64,000 nt of DNA from assembly GCF_018350175.1 (NCBI RefSeq), contig NC_058372.1:52514001-52578000 (forward strand), in the 5' to 3' direction. Positions 1 to 13,970 of this stretch are shown piece after piece. The notes beneath the pieces were generated by a model. It was not told where the DNA came from. It did no database searches and saw only the letters and a program-made list of their open reading frames with translations. This stretch comes from Felis catus. Lineage: Eukaryota. Numbering within the stretch: position 1 is the stretch's first letter; every line of letters begins with the position of its first letter. The translations under genes were made by a program, and so were the position numbers.

Positions 1-2402
1 GATAAGTTTTTATGGAACTATTCATCCTCAAGAATAACGGCTGGATCCAAGCCAAGGCAGTGGCAATGAGGCTGGAAAATAAACATTAGATTTAACATCT
101 AGATGAAGATTTGGGGAATCAGTGAAGTCACATTAACGTCTAATTCTGTTTACAATGGAGCTAAGCCACCATCCACTTTAACAGAGGGAGTGCTGTTCTG
201 TAGCTGAGGTGCTTGTCTTTCTCTTGTTAACATGTTTTTTTTCTGACTGTGTGTGTTTATGGGAGAGGCAAAGTTGGATAGATGTTCACTCGGTGAGCTG
301 TCCTCTTTCTCTTTTACTTCAAACCGATGACGCCTACCCCTCCTTCTGGCATATGTTGCCTCAGGCACCCAAACACTGCTGCCAGTTTGCTAGTCTTAGA
401 GCCAAGAATCTGTCACCACCTTGAACACCACAGCTTGCTCTGCTAGCTGCTCCCCTGCTTATGGTGGCCTTGGGGTACAAGCATGGGTATTGGAGATTCT
501 CTTCTCTCTCCCTCTACCTTTGAGTGCCTGTTTGTGATTGTGTGTTTGAGAGCATGGGTGTGTCTACTGTGAGTAGAAGAGAGCAGGCCACATTTTCTCC
601 TCTTGTGTTATGAACGTCAAAATCTGTCCCAGGTCCAAGTCTTAGAGGCTCTTTCGTGGCACAACTTTTGGGCTGCTATTTCTCAAGGTTGCCACCTGCT
701 GTCAAATGAATTTGAAAATCCCATTTCAGTGCCCCCAGCCTGTAGTCCTCAGAAATTCTTGAGTTCTTTGCATGGGCAGGAGCTGAAGTTAGCAAACATG
801 GTAGTCAATGGTGAAAGGTTGAAAGCTTTTCCTGTAAGATCAGGAACAAGACAAAGGTGTCCACTCCCACTGCTCCTATTCAATATAGTACTGGAAGTCC
901 TAGTTAGACCAATCAGGCAAAACAAAGAAATAAAAGGCATCCAAATTGAAAAGGGTGAAGTAAAATTGTTGTTAGCAGCTGATGGCATAATCTTACAGAT
1001 AGAAAATCTTAAAGCTCCACAAAAACAAGTGTTGAGACTCATCGATCAATTCAGTAAAACTGCAGGAAATAAAATCAATGTACAGAAATCAGTTGCATTT
1101 CTATGTGCTAACAATGCAAATTCAAAAAAGAAAGAAATGAAACTATTCCATTCACAATAGCATCAAAAAATTAAAATATTAAAATTAAATTTAACCAAAA
1201 AATGAAAGATCTGTATTACGAAAACTATGAGACCCTAATGAAAGGCATTGAAGAAGACACAAATAAATGGGAAGACATATCATGTTCATGGATCAGGATT
1301 ATTGTTCAAATGTCCATACCTACCCAAAGCCATGTATATGTTCAACACAATCCCTATCAATGTTCCATTGACATTTTTCACATAAAAAAGAGAAAAAAAG
1401 AAAGTCCTAAAGTTTGTATGGAGCTACATCAAACCTCAAATAGCCAATGAAACCCTGAGAAAGAAGAAAAACGCTGGAGGCATCACATTTCCTAATTTCA
1501 AACTGTATTAATGTATTGTAATAATCAGTATAGTATGACACAAAAACAGACACATAGATCATTGGAACAAAATAGGGAGCCCGGAAATAAACCCACACAT
1601 ATATGATCAACTAAAAAGGATAAGGGAGCCAAGAATACTCAATGGAAAATAGTCTCTTCAACAAATAGTGTCAGGAAAACTGGATAGCCACATGCAGAAA
1701 AATGAAATTAGATTTCTTTCTTACACCATCCCCAAATTAACTTGGAATGAATTAAAGGCTAAGTATAAGACCTACTACCATAAAATTCCTAGAAGAAAAT
1801 TGGGAAAGAAGTTTCTTGACATTGTATGTAGCAATGGTTTCTCAGATAGAACACCAAAGCACAAGCAACAAAAAGNNNNNNNNNNNNNNNNNNNNNNNNN
1901 NNNNNNNNNNNNNNNNNNNNNNNNNNNNNNNNNNNNNNNNNNNNNNNNNNNNNNNNNNNNNNNNNNNNNNNNNNNNNNNNNNNNNNNNNNNNNNNNNNNN
2001 NNNNNNNNNNNNNNNNNNNNNNNNNNNNNNNNNNNNNNNNNNNNNNNNNNNNCAACTTAATAAAACAAAGCCAGAAACAAAACAAAACAAAGACAAAACA
2101 AAACAAAAAACTATGCACCCGGATTTAAAAAAAAAACGGGGGGGGGGTGCAGAGTAACTGAATGGCATTTTTCCAAAGAAGTTATCCAAATGGCTGACTG
2201 ATACAGCATCTGGGAAATGTAAATCAAAACCTCAAAACCACTGTGAGATATCACCTCACACCTATTAGAATGGCTAGACAAGAGATGAATGCTGGCGAGA
2301 ATATGGAGAAAAGGGAGTGCTTGTGCACGATTGGTACGAATGTAAATTGGTGCAACCACTATGGAAAACATTACAGAAGTTCGTCAAAAAATTAAAAATA
2401 GA

Positions 2403-2795
2403 GGGGCCCCTGGGTGACTCAGTAAATTAAGCACCCTGTTCTTTTTTTTTTTAACTTTATTTATTTATTTTTGAGAGAGAGAGAGAAAGAGAGCACACAA
2501 GTGAGGGAGAGGCAGAATCCAAAGCAGGCTCCAGCTCTGAGGTTTCAGCACAGTCCAATGTGGGGCTGAACCCACAAACTGTGAGATCATGACCTGAGCT
2601 GAAGTCAGATGCTCAACTGACTGAGCCACCCAGGCATCCCACATTATCTGCCTGATTTCAGCTCATGTCATGATCTCACAGTTGTGAGATCGAGCCCTGC
2701 GTCAGGCTCTGTGTACTGAGCATGGAGCCTGCTTAAGATTCTCTCTCTCCCTCTTTCTATGCCCCCCCTTAAAAAAATTTTAAAAAGTTAAAAAA
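2403..2795 (+). mobile_element. CAN-SINE (+) inserted in L1 and itself split by a second SINE
   Basis: ggggcccctgggtgactcag head at 2403. The body resumes near 2650 (gatttcagctcatgtcatgatctc) with a CT tract and A tail. TSD-like ttaaaaataga / ttaaaaaataga. Confidence 0.8.
2442..2640 (-). mobile_element. CAN-SINE (nested)
   Basis: polyT, (GA)n and ...ctgagccacccaggcatccc, the reverse-complemented SINE head. Confidence 0.9.
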
Positions 2796-3796
2796 TAGAA
2801 CTATCATATGATCCAGCAATTCCATCGTTTGCTATATCCAAAGAAAATGAAAATAGGATATCAGATTTCTGCATTCCCATGTTTATTGAAATAATGTTAT
2901 AATAACCGAGATATAATGTCANNNNNNNNNNNNNNNNNNNNNNNNNNNNNNNNNNNNNNNNNNNNNNNNNNNNNNNNNNNNNNNNNNNNNNNNNNNNNNN
3001 NNNNNNNNNNNNNNNNNNNNNNNNNNNNNNNNNNNNNNNNNNNNNNNNNNNNNNNNNNNNNAAGAAGGAAAATCTGCTATTTACAACATGGTTGGGTCTT
3101 GAAGGCTAAATGGAAATAACATCATTCAGGAAAAGACAAATACTGTATGATGTCACTAATACGTGGAAACTAAAAAAGCTGAACTCTCAGAAACTCTCTA
3201 GAATGGTAGTTACCAGGAGCTGAGAGGTGGGGCAATTGGGAAGATAGTGATCAAAGTATACAAAATTGCAAATAGAAGACCAATGAGTTCAGGAGATCCA
3301 ATGCACAGCATAGGATTGTAGTCAGCAATACTGTATTATACATTTCAATGTGTGTAAGAGACTAGAACTTTTATGTTCTCACCATAAAAAAATGATAATT
3401 ATGTGAAAGAATAGAGGTGTTAGCTAATGCTACAGTGGCAATTGTATTACAATATATAAATGTGTCAAATCAACACATTGTATACCATAAACTTACACAA
3501 TTTACATGCCAATTATAATTCAAAACTATATATGAGCAAAATACAGACAGTATAAAAATTAAAAATGATAAGATTCAGTTTATCAGGTAATATTAATATA
3601 TTTATTGCAGGAAGTATTATATCAAACAAAAATAAAAATACAGTGAGTACATATATTTAAAGCATACATCTTATACTCTTTGTATTCTGAAAAATATGAA
3701 TATAAATTAAGACACTAGAACATTTGAAATAATTGAAAATGTAAAAAAAAAAAAAAGAAGAAACAATTGAAAATGTATTTGGCCATACAGAAAACC

Positions 3797-4017
3797 TTTT
3801 TTTTTTTTTTTAATGTTTAGTGATTTTTATTTTGAGGGAGAGAGACAGAGAGTAAAATCTGGGGAGGAGAGAGAGAAAGAGGGAGGGACAGAATCCCAAG
3901 CAGGCTCTGTACTGTCAGCGCAGAACCCAAAGTGGGGCTCCATCTCACAAACCACGAGATCGTGATCTGAGCCAAAATCGAGTCAGAGGTTCAACTGACT
4001 GAGTCACCCAAGCGCCC
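3797..4017 (-). mobile_element. CAN-SINE
   Basis: polyT, GA tract, gaatcccaagcaggctc...gagtcacccaagcgccc. Confidence 0.9.
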
Positions 4018-4457
4018 TATCGCCACTCAGAAAACTGTAATAAACATAGGAGTGTAGAGGTACCATAAGATAATCTAATAATAATTTGATAACATTAGGC
4101 ATGAATTGAAGGAATGTTCTATAGTGGTTGTAAATAAAAAGTGGACAGTTAGCCTAGACTTGTGGCAGAAAACTTGGAAAGTTACTTCTCTTTACCTCAG
4201 TTTAATTATCATAATGTTAGGTTAATAATAGTCTCTACAGTTTAGGGTTCTTTTGAGGATCAAATGATTCATCATGTATAAAACACTTAAAATCATTATT
4301 GGCATCTGTATATGCTAAATATATATTAGCACACAAAATTAAGAAACATACACTTATTTAATACTTGATTTAAAATAAAACTAAAACTTAAATGATATTA
4401 TTAACTCAAAAATATTAAAGAGAACACTTAAAAACAGTAGATGTGAAACAGCTGTAT

Positions 4458-4681
4458 CTTTTTTTTAATTTTTTTAAACATTTATTTATTATTGAGAGAC
4501 AGAGAGACACAGAGCATGAGCAGGGTAGGGGTAGAGAGAGGGGGAGACACAGAATCTGAAGCAGGCTCCAGGCTGCGAGCTGTCAGCACAGAGCACGATG
4601 AGGGGCTCGAACTCACAAACTGCAAGATCATGACCTGAGCCGAAGTCATTGGCCCAACCAACTGAGCCACCCAGGGGCCCC
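4458..4681 (-). mobile_element. CAN-SINE (felid type)
   Basis: Full body. TSD cagctgtatcttt at about 4449 and 4684. Confidence 0.93.
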
Positions 4682-5319
4682 ATCAGCTGTATCTTTAAAA
4701 AAAGAAAAAAAAAAAATAGAGTATTACATGTTATTTTTCACAACAAAAATAAATGAACTAATTTTCAATTTTTAGAAATTAAATGTTAAGGAATTAAAAT
4801 AGAAAATAAGAGAAATTTTTGGAGTATACCAAAATTTCTGCTGATAGGAAATAGTTGTAAAAGGGTACATTTTATAAACATGGTAAATGTTTGCCACAGC
4901 CATCTCTGAGAGTGGGGGATATTTTTCGATAGTTGGCAGAATGCCGCTTGCCACTGTAAAGTATTTCAGTTGAGGATGGAAAATAATGATGACAATGATA
5001 CCTCCAAGAAAAATAGTAATACAGTTTTCTCCAGTGTCAGTCAGCGAAGGCAGAACTCATTTATTTGATTTGGGGATTGACAGCTGTTGTGTCTCTAAGG
5101 CTCATAAGTAGAAGCATCTGAGGGCATTAAAGAGTGTGAAGAAATTTCTTAACAGGTTTCTGGATAGGAGGCAAGGGAGTGAAGCCAGGAGAGTAATGAG
5201 AGAATAAAAAAATAAATTGTGCAACACTGGAGATTATGTTGAGGTATCAGAACATCTTGTTGGAAGAGAAACAAGATTGGAAAAGGAAAGAGACTGGCGT
5301 GCTTGAGAGGTGTGGAGAT

Positions 5320-5921
5320 TGTAATCTTTCAGACTGCACCCATGTATATCCAATCCCACATGCTAGTTTTACAACGCTAGCTTGATATTCCTCCATTAGG
5401 AGATGACGGTTCTATTTCTCCTTCCCTTGAAACCAACAAACACTTTGTAATGCCTGGACCGATAGCACGCAGTGGAAGTGATGCTGCATAAACTCAGAAA
5501 CTCACAAAAGGTATTAATGGCTTCCATTTGACTTTCCCTTGAGACATACCCTGTGGGAGCCCTGAACTGACACATAGGAAGCTCAGCTATCACGAAGTTA
5601 CCATGCTGGAGTGACCACGTGGAGAAACTGCATAAAGACAAGAGACTTGTCCAAGGAGTCCAGCTGTTCAAGGCTTGCCAGTTCAGGTGCCAGATAAGTG
5701 ATGAAGACGCTTTCGAGTTTTTCCTTCTGAAAAAGCTTTGACTACAAACTGAGGAAAATCCTGAGCCAGAACCACACAGCCAAGCCTCTCCCAAATTCCA
5801 GACCCACAGAAACAGTGATTATTAAACGAATAAATTAATTAAACAGCGATTAAAGAAATAATTACTGTTTAAAGACACTGATTTGGGGATAATTTTTACA
5901 TTGCATAGATAAAACAAAACA
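5320..5921 (+). mobile_element. MaLR (MLT1-type) solo LTR
   Basis: Typical MLT1 motifs: gtggaagtgatgctg, ccatgctggagtgaccacgtggag, cctctcccaaattccagacccacagaaac, and a tagataaaacaaaaca end. Confidence 0.75.
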
Positions 5922-6599
5922 GATGAATTGGAAAGGTGGAGAACAAAAAAGCAAAGTAAGAGAAAATGGGGAGAAATAAAAGAGGAAAATAATACTCTGC
6001 AGGAAAAGCCAATTCAATGACCATTAAAAGGAAAATTTGTTCTGAGCATCTCAGTGACGAAAAGCTCAGATTACATGGACAGCTTCAGGTTCAGTTACCA
6101 TTTATCTCAGGCTCTATTTGTAGTAATTCGCCTATTAGGAAAATATGAGTTGGAAGTGAGCTCTACTTCAACAGAGAAGTTGAATTTATTTAGAAATTTA
6201 TAATAGGATGGAACGAATAAAAGCTGTTGGAAACGATTTTATGATAATTCCATTAAGTTGACTAAGTCCTTTCCAGGATGAATTAAAGGGAAGTAAACAT
6301 ATGATAATCTGTTTAAAACCTACTAACAGTTCCAGTGAAGCAGCAGACAGATATGGAATACAGAGCAATAGCATCACAGCAGGGGAAGAGAAAGCTAATT
6401 CAGGTGGGTGCTTCCAGTTTAGAGACAGAAGCTAGAGGAAACAGCCAGAATTATATTATAGATGTGACTCAAACACTCATTTCATTTTTATTTGCCGTCA
6501 GTATAAGTGTTTAAGATGTAGAATAAACATCATCTAATATCTCCAATCTCTCCCTTGATCACACATCCCTCTCCAAATCCTTCTCTGATTCTCTGCTTC

Positions 6600-7555
6600 T
6601 CTTTATAGGAAATTTCCTTGAAAGAGGAAATACTTACTATTATCAGATTTTTTCCTGCTTCTCTTTTATCCTGAATGCACCCCGTCTAGGTTTTGGCTCC
6701 CCAGATCCCACAAATACTTCTCTCATTATCATCACCAGTAATCTCCACATTGCTAAATCAATACTCTGTCCTAATTTTACTGAAACTGTTAGTAGTGGAT
6801 TACTCCTTTACCACATATATCTTTGGCTTCAGGGATGCCCTGTTCTCATGGATTTCCTTTCACTTAATTCACCATTTCTTCCTACTTCCTCATCATCTTC
6901 CCAGCCTCACAGTTCGGTGTTCCTAGGGCATAAACCTAGCCTCCCACATAGGCTTCACGCTTTCATTTTGATTCCCCATAGGCTATTATCCACACCGCAG
7001 CAGTTGGGATCCGTTTCAACAAAGAAAACCAACTCAATACATTCCAACAACTCCTTATTTTATTCAAGCAAAAAAATAAATAAATAAATAAATAAAAAAT
7101 CTAAGTTCATACAGTAAGCCTACAAAGTCCCACCATCTGTCTGACCCCATGTCCTATCACTTTCCCCCTTGCTCACTCTGCCCCAGCTACAGTAACCTAA
7201 TAGCTGATTTGTGAACATACCAAGCCCTTACCTATCTCCCTCTGCTTGAAATGTCTCTCCACTTTTTCTGCTGTGGGTCTTGTCCTTTCACTTACTTATC
7301 CTATATAAAGTAGTGATTCTCCCTACAACTCTGGCATTTTGTATCTCCTTTCTCCTGCTTTTTCTTCCTAGACTTACAGGTACCTGGTGTAGATGTACTT
7401 ATTATTTTGTTTTTGTGTTTGTTTGCACTTGTATTCCCCAACTAGAAAATAAGCACCTTGAAGATAAGATCTATGTCTATTTGCCTGTCTATAAAAACAG
7501 GAGCTGTGTTTAGAATGTAGTATGCGTAAAAGAAATATTTGTTGAATAAATAGAA
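6600..7555 (+). mobile_element. LINE-2 fossil (3' portion)
   Basis: Pyrimidine-rich L2 body (cttgctcactctgccccagc) and an L2-type terminus aatatttgttgaataaa. Confidence 0.65.
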
Positions 7556-7576
7556 GAATATTAGACTAAGTAAAGT

Positions 7577-7800
7577 TTAATTTTTTTTTACATTTTTATT
7601 TATTTTTGAGAGAGAGATATTGAGAGAGAGACAGAGCACAGTGGGGGAGGGGCAGAGAGAGGGAGACACAGAATCCGAAACAGTCTCCAGGCTCCAAGCT
7701 GTCAGCACAGAGCCTGATGCGGGGCTCAAACCCACGAACCATGAGATCATGCCCTGAGCAGAAGTCAGTTGCTTAACCGACTGAGCCACCCAGGCACCCC
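7577..7800 (-). mobile_element. CAN-SINE
   Basis: Full body. TSD taagtaaagtttaa / taaataaagtttaa. Confidence 0.93.
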
Positions 7801-7895
7801 TAAATAAAGTTTAAATAATCAACTACTACATAGACATCAATTGACAGTCTTGATATTTACATATGGACATGGACAGTTGTTCATGGTGCATTGTT

Positions 7896-8116
7896 TTTGT
7901 GTTTTTTTTTTTAATTTTTTTTTTTTTTTTTGAGAGAGACAGAGACAGAGTACAAGTGGGGGACGGAGACAGAGAGGGAGAAACAGAATCTGAAGCAGGC
8001 TCCAGGCTCGGAGCTGTCAGCACAGAGCCCCACATGGGGCTCAAACTCATGAATCGTGAGATCATGATCAGAACTGAAGTTGGTCGCTTAACCAACTGAG
8101 CCACCCAGGCACCCCC
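7896..8116 (-). mobile_element. CAN-SINE
   Basis: Full body. TSD atggtgcattgtt on both sides. Confidence 0.93.
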
Positions 8117-8211
8117 ATGGTGCATTGTTAAAGGAACAAACCAAATTGTAGAACACTATGCAGCATATAATCTTAACATTTATATGGTGTATATTTATAC
8201 ATATGTCTGAA

Positions 8212-8423
8212 AAAATTTAATGTTTATTTAGTTTGAGAGAGAGAGCAAGAGTGAGAGTGAGCATGGGCAGGGGAGGGGCAGAGAGAGAGAGGGAGAAAGA
8301 GAATCCCAAGCAGTTTCCACACTGTCTGTGCAAAGCCTGATGTGGGGCTCCATCCCATGAACCGTGAGATCACGACCCTAGCCGAAGTCAGATGCTTAAC
8401 CTGTTGAGCAATCCACGTGCCCC
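8212..8423 (-). mobile_element. CAN-SINE
   Basis: Full body. TSD atgtctgaaaaa / atgcctgaaaaa. Confidence 0.9.
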
Positions 8424-8716
8424 TATGCCTGAAAAATTTTTGAAAGTTGTACATCAAATCTCAACACCATTTATCTCTGAGAATTAAATTATACATTATT
8501 TTTATTTCTTACTTAGAGTTTTCTATATTTTCTGAATTTTTACCAATAATTGTAGGTTACTTGTATAATTACCAAAGACAACTGAGTAGTTTCCACATGA
8601 AAAAAAAAAGGCATTACATGGAAAACATTTATTTTATATGCTATCATATCATTTGAGTTATTTTTCTATTTTAAAATTTAGGGTTTGAAAAGCTTGATTT
8701 AAAAAACATGCATTAA

Positions 8717-8975
8717 GGGGCGCTGGGTGGCTCAGTCGCTTAAGTGGCCGACTTTGGCTCAGGCCATGATCTCACGGTCCGTGAGTTCTAGCCCCGCATC
8801 GGGCTCTGTGCTGACAGCTCAGAGCTTGGAGCCTGCTTCAGATTCTGTGTCTCCCTCTCTCTGACCCTCCCCTGTTCATGCTCTGTCTCTCCCTGTCTCA
8901 AAAATAAATAAATGTTTAAAAATAAATAAATAAATAAATAAACAAATAAATAAATAAAATATTAAAAAATAAAAA
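8717..8975 (+). mobile_element. CAN-SINE with (TAAA)n tail
   Basis: ggggcgctgggtggctcagtcg head, CT tract and AT-rich tail. TSD-like catgcattaa / catacattaa. Confidence 0.93.
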
Positions 8976-11900
8976 CCATACATTAATACTTTAAATCCAA
9001 GATGTGAATGTAGAGTTTTAGTGGAAATAGCTGAAAATTTAAAATAGATGCTTTAACCACCTTTTTCATATTACTTCAATCTATAACTTAGTAATATTTC
9101 TGTGCTATCTATGCTTAAAAAGTGACATATAGGGCACATATGGATGTATGTACATATGTAAAAAGGTCTAAGAAATATAACCAATATAACCAAATATTTG
9201 CATTAGTTATCCATAGGTGGTAAAATCATTGATTTTTTTCCTTGACATTTGCAATCAGAAAAAACAGGTGCTATTAACATTTTTTGTACAAATGTATATA
9301 CAAATATAACAATGATACCTTAAGAATAATAAATAAATATAAGTAAAACAATTGAAACAAAATACACCAAATCAGTGAATATCTCTTGGTGACCTAAATA
9401 TAGATGTTTTTATTTGTTGCTTTCAAATACTAAACATAAGTACTAAATATTTCACAGTGGGGAAAAAATTGCCTTGAGAAGGAAAAGAAGGTAATTTAAA
9501 CAATATAAGTCTGTTTCCAGTAGACTGTTAACATAATAAAAATAATATGTCCCTATATGTTATTATGAGACATCTCTCCCATGAGATGTCCATAGCCTGT
9601 CTTCAATTTCCCTAGGAGAATGAGTCTTACAAAAACTGTCCAGTCTATATTTCAGCAAAAAGCATCCATCCACTACCCTAATCATTCATGTCTCTGGAGG
9701 ACAATGACCGCACTGTGGATGAACTCATTTCAAAAGCCACTGTATCCTATAATAAAAGGAAGAACTATATTAAATTTAAATATGAATATATGGTGCTTTG
9801 AGGTGATCTGGTAACAAGTGGTCCCCTTTCCACTTAATAATAATAAATTTGCCAAATCAGAAGGCACATAATATCTTTCCACCATGATGATCAGAATGTA
9901 CAACAGGCTCTAATATTAACATGAGCTGGAAGCAGAGAGCAGATATGAAGGTAGGAAAAGAAAATTTAAAGAAATTAAGGATATTTTCAACAGTTGGCCT
10001 TGATTATGTTTTTAAAGGTCACAAATTCCTGAAAATCAGACCCAACTAATAGAAGTTATGGAACAGTTCAAAGCCAGCTACAGAACTACTGTTTTCATAT
10101 AGTAATATTAGCTGCTGTATAAGCAAAACTTTCCATGTCATACATGTGACTCTTACGATTAGCCCAATTATATGTGACCTTTTACGATAAAATTTTAAAA
10201 TTATTTGTGTCAAAATCAATAAAACCCAAGCATAGAGAAATGTCCAATTTTAGCTGAAAAAGCTAGCACTGTGACCAGATTGGGCTGTTATGATTATATA
10301 GATTAATTTACCCAAAGAAAGCAAAAATATGGCATATACCTCATTTTTACAAACTACAATATCTGGGGACTCTCCTAACCTGATGCCATTAAATATTCAT
10401 GTAATATCGAATTAATTATAGAACTAATCCCCTTAATCCAAAGCTTTCATCTACTCACTTTCCCTGATTGGCATGCCTACGTGAAGTAAATATCCTGGCT
10501 ATGAGTGGAGCTTCTTTCTGTGAATGAATAAATTGGCAATATGATTAATGATTCTATGATATTTTTTCATGTTAGTGGACTCTTAAAAGCTGAATCCATT
10601 CTTGATCCTATTAGATTGAGAGCCAGACCTTGTACAGCAAGAATTCCCCAAGACAGTGCTGTCTTGTAGAGCTGTTTTGGTCCTCCTGGAGACAGTCAAC
10701 TTATCTTCCTCAGTGACACATAGACTACAGGAACTGTTCCTTCCTTCTAATGTTTAACTTCTTCAGTTGATAGAATTATATTTATAGGCATCTGTGAGAC
10801 AAGTGCCTCAGTAAGTGACTCATCCTGTACTTTTCCTTCTCCCCATCGCCTCCGCCATCTCAAACGGTCACCAAATCCTGTAAATTTCAAATCCTTCACA
10901 TATGTTGGATCTACCATTTCTTCTCCATTGTCACTACTTTTTAGATTGTTACCATTTCCCTTCTGAACTACTGAAATAGCCTCACAACTGGTAATTATCC
11001 TTGTTCCAAACCATCCTCCATAACATTTCTCAAGCAATTTTTAAAAACACCAAATTGGTTGCTTCCTGTTTAAAATTCACCACCAGTCTCCGTTTTCTTT
11101 TTGAATATCCTCTAGTCTCCTTGCAGACTATAATCTGGCCACTTATCTTTTCCTCTTCAGCCACCATGAGTTTCAAAGATAATAGTGCATCTGAAGTCCC
11201 CCAAACATACCTCAGGCGACGGGGAGACTACTCATCTTGAGGCTGCTGGAGACATTCCTCAGGGTGTCTCTGCTGTTTCTCAGTTTCTTTTCCCAATCCT
11301 GGTTGCCCTGTCCCCTGACTCATGGCCAACTCCTATCAGTTTGTTCATAGGAGACCAGTAGGCAATTTGTGGTGAGATGATTAAGTATGCCATCATGTTG
11401 ACTTAATTTTTCTTTTTGGTGAGGATCTCCAGTAAAAGACAATATGAATCTCTTATTACCTCCCAAAGTACTGTCTACTGTCTTCCTTTATTACCAAGTG
11501 TCTTAGAGCCTTATTTATAGGCTTTATAATCAAGGAAGTCATCACCAGAAATATATATTCTTTTCAGATTGTGAATTTTAGGTTGACTCTAAATCTAAGG
11601 CTGATCAGATTTTCTCCCTTCCAGATATGAGCATCTTACAAAATATTAAGTGGACAAATACAGAAACAATGCAGGACTGCTTGAGGGGAAGTCAAATACC
11701 ATTAGACAGAAAGTTCCAAAAATAATGTCTTCTAATAAACGTAGTATATAGATGTTTCACTGATGTATTATGTTTTTATTTTTTCAACAATTTTTCTTTC
11801 TTTTTTATATGTATTTTAGCTAATCTGTGAAACTAGGGACCATTCCTTATTTTTGGTTTTGCACAGCGCTTTGGATATAGTAGGCTTTCAGTAAATGTTG

Positions 11901-13169
11901 AATAGAAATCCTTGTATCTTTTGTCCAGTGACAACGTGCAAGGCCTAGAGTATTTCATTTAACTGTTATAAGAAGGGATTCTTTATGTGAAAACAAATGA
12001 ATAATAAATGAGATCGATGAATTTTGAATAGGAGTTCTGGAATCTTTTGATGTCTCAGTGGCAGCTGTGGATGGTGATGGCAAAGGCCAATTAACAGAGC
12101 TTGGGGCTTCCAACCTGAAGTTCAACTAGAGCACCTCTACTTTCGTCTATTTCTTTTATTTATTGATAGCATTTAGTTTAAAACATAGGACACATTTTAA
12201 AATCTCACACCCATTACCACTGTAATCTACTGAAAGTGATGATTTTATCATTTCCTCTCACCTACAAAATGTTCTGATTCAATAGCCAGTTTCCAAGCAA
12301 TTAATGGATTCTTGAAAGTACTGAGGATTTTTGTTGTTTTGTTTTTAACATTTAAGGTTTATTAATCTGGGGTGTCTATAAATTTGCCAAGAGCAAAGCT
12401 GTATTCTATTTTTACTAACCTCTAATTCATACTCAGTACGTCCTGTGTTGTCTTTATCACCAGTAGAAAATTATAAATCTTTTTAATATGACACTGCATT
12501 AGTAGAAAATACCTCAAATCAGCATTTGTGGTCATCAATACACTGAAATGACAGTATTATCGGACCTCTCTGGATTTTGGTAGGTACTCTGGTAATAAAG
12601 AAGCATATATATATATTACTTTCTCACAAATTTGTTTTAAAAAATATTTTGGTGACTATATTTCAGTATGATTGATTTCTTTTATAATTACTTTAAAACA
12701 AAATTTGTGCCCTTAAAAGTATTCTAAGGAGAGAGTTCTATGGAGAAGGGGGACCAATAACCAAAAGAAATGCTAAAAAGCATTGCTTTAGACAGTGCCA
12801 CAGCTCATTATTATTATGGGACTAGCAGGTATGTTGGCACAGAGGCTTTCCATGCCTGAAAGTGCTAGACCTCAGCAGCTGTACCTGTTTGGCCAAGATT
12901 AGCGTCATTCACTATGTGCCTTAACATTCAGCTTATGTGGAGCACAGCATTCTGGAAAATCATAACCAAATCAGCCTCGAACAAGAAACCGTGCTTTGGT
13001 ATTCTTATCGTTTGTTCTGTTCGTTTATTTTTCTTGTGATAACTTTGCATTAATTCAGAATTTCGATGCTTTACTTTCTGTTCCTGCCTGGGGCTGTTCA
13101 CTTGCTTTTCTAATACCATGACTTTCCTTGGTGATGCATCCCTTTCCTACCATGAGTTTGTGTGGTTAG

Positions 13170-13970
13170 AATAGGCCAGTCCCACCTACATCCACGATGC
13201 TGGGCACCAAATGGGATCGGTTCCACTTGGTGACATTGATGGACACGGGGACGCAATGAACTGATGTGACACAACTGTGGAATTTTACTATGGAAAGAGT
13301 ACACTTCCTGCTCTGGCTTCAAAGACAGAAGAATGCAAGCCAAGCGCTTGAAGCTCCTCTTCCCTCCTAGGAGAAAGAAGCTGCCTGAGAATAGAGTGGA
13401 CACAGAAGATAACAAATAAGAGATAGGAAAGGAAACCCTCAGGCCCCCAAACAAGGTTAAAACATGCCTGAAGTCAATTCTACCCCTGGGCTCTTCAACA
13501 CTGGGAGCCTGTTAAGGAGGTCATTGAGAGGACGTGACCTCCGTTTGACCTGAGAGCTGAACTAGGCGGTGGGAGGCTCCTCACTCCTCCCCGTCCTTGG
13601 AATGCAGGTTACAATCACCACTCCTGCCCTGGGAGCCATTTCAAGGATACAGCTCTCAGAGAGGACTGTGCTATTGAGATCCTCGGACTGTAGACATGAC
13701 TGAACCCAGGTAAGGCCTTTATGTAAACTTGTAAGATTCTGGCAGGCAATGGGGAGCCTACTCATCTTGAGGCTGCTGGAGACAAACCTCATGTGTAAGT
13801 TCCCTTGCTTCTTAAACCCGCCGCCTACAAATCTGTAGTGTCCCTCCCTCTTTCTTGGGCTCTCCTTGCCATCCCTGTCCAGGGGAAGTTTGTGAACCAA
13901 CAGAATCACCGAATCTCTCTCTAGCTTTAGCCATTTTTAGTTGGCTTATATCAAAAAGAACAATGATCTC
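13170..13970 (+). mobile_element. Old MLT1-type LTR interrupted by a younger LTR
   Basis: MLT1-like segments (gctgcctgagaatagag, catgcctgaagtc...ccctgggctcttca) resume after 13902 (tttagccatttttagttgg). Confidence 0.55.
13510..13902 (+). mobile_element. Solo ERV LTR (TG...CA)
   Basis: Starts TGttaagg and ends ccaaCA. GC-richer than the flanks and splits the MLT1 element. Strand is tentative. Confidence 0.6.

Larger units (their letters stand above)
790..3530 (+). mobile_element. Degenerate LINE-1 (3' ORF2 plus 3' UTR, older L1M-type), interrupted by gaps and SINEs
   Basis: ORF2 RT-like peptide [32 protein letters not shown]...[21 protein letters not shown]...[11 protein letters not shown], then MKDLYYENYETLMKGIEEDTNKWEDISCSWI. 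Frameshifts and stops follow; L1M-like 3' UTR ends near 3525. Confidence 0.92.

Noticed and set aside
603-1450. 185-aa and 82-aa ORFs as cellular genes
   Set aside because: They are fragments of a dead L1 ORF2 with a degenerate RT motif and frameshifts.
1668-2189. ORFs spanning N runs (also near 28776-29181, 51100-51447, 54420-54747)
   Set aside because: They are artefacts of translating gaps.
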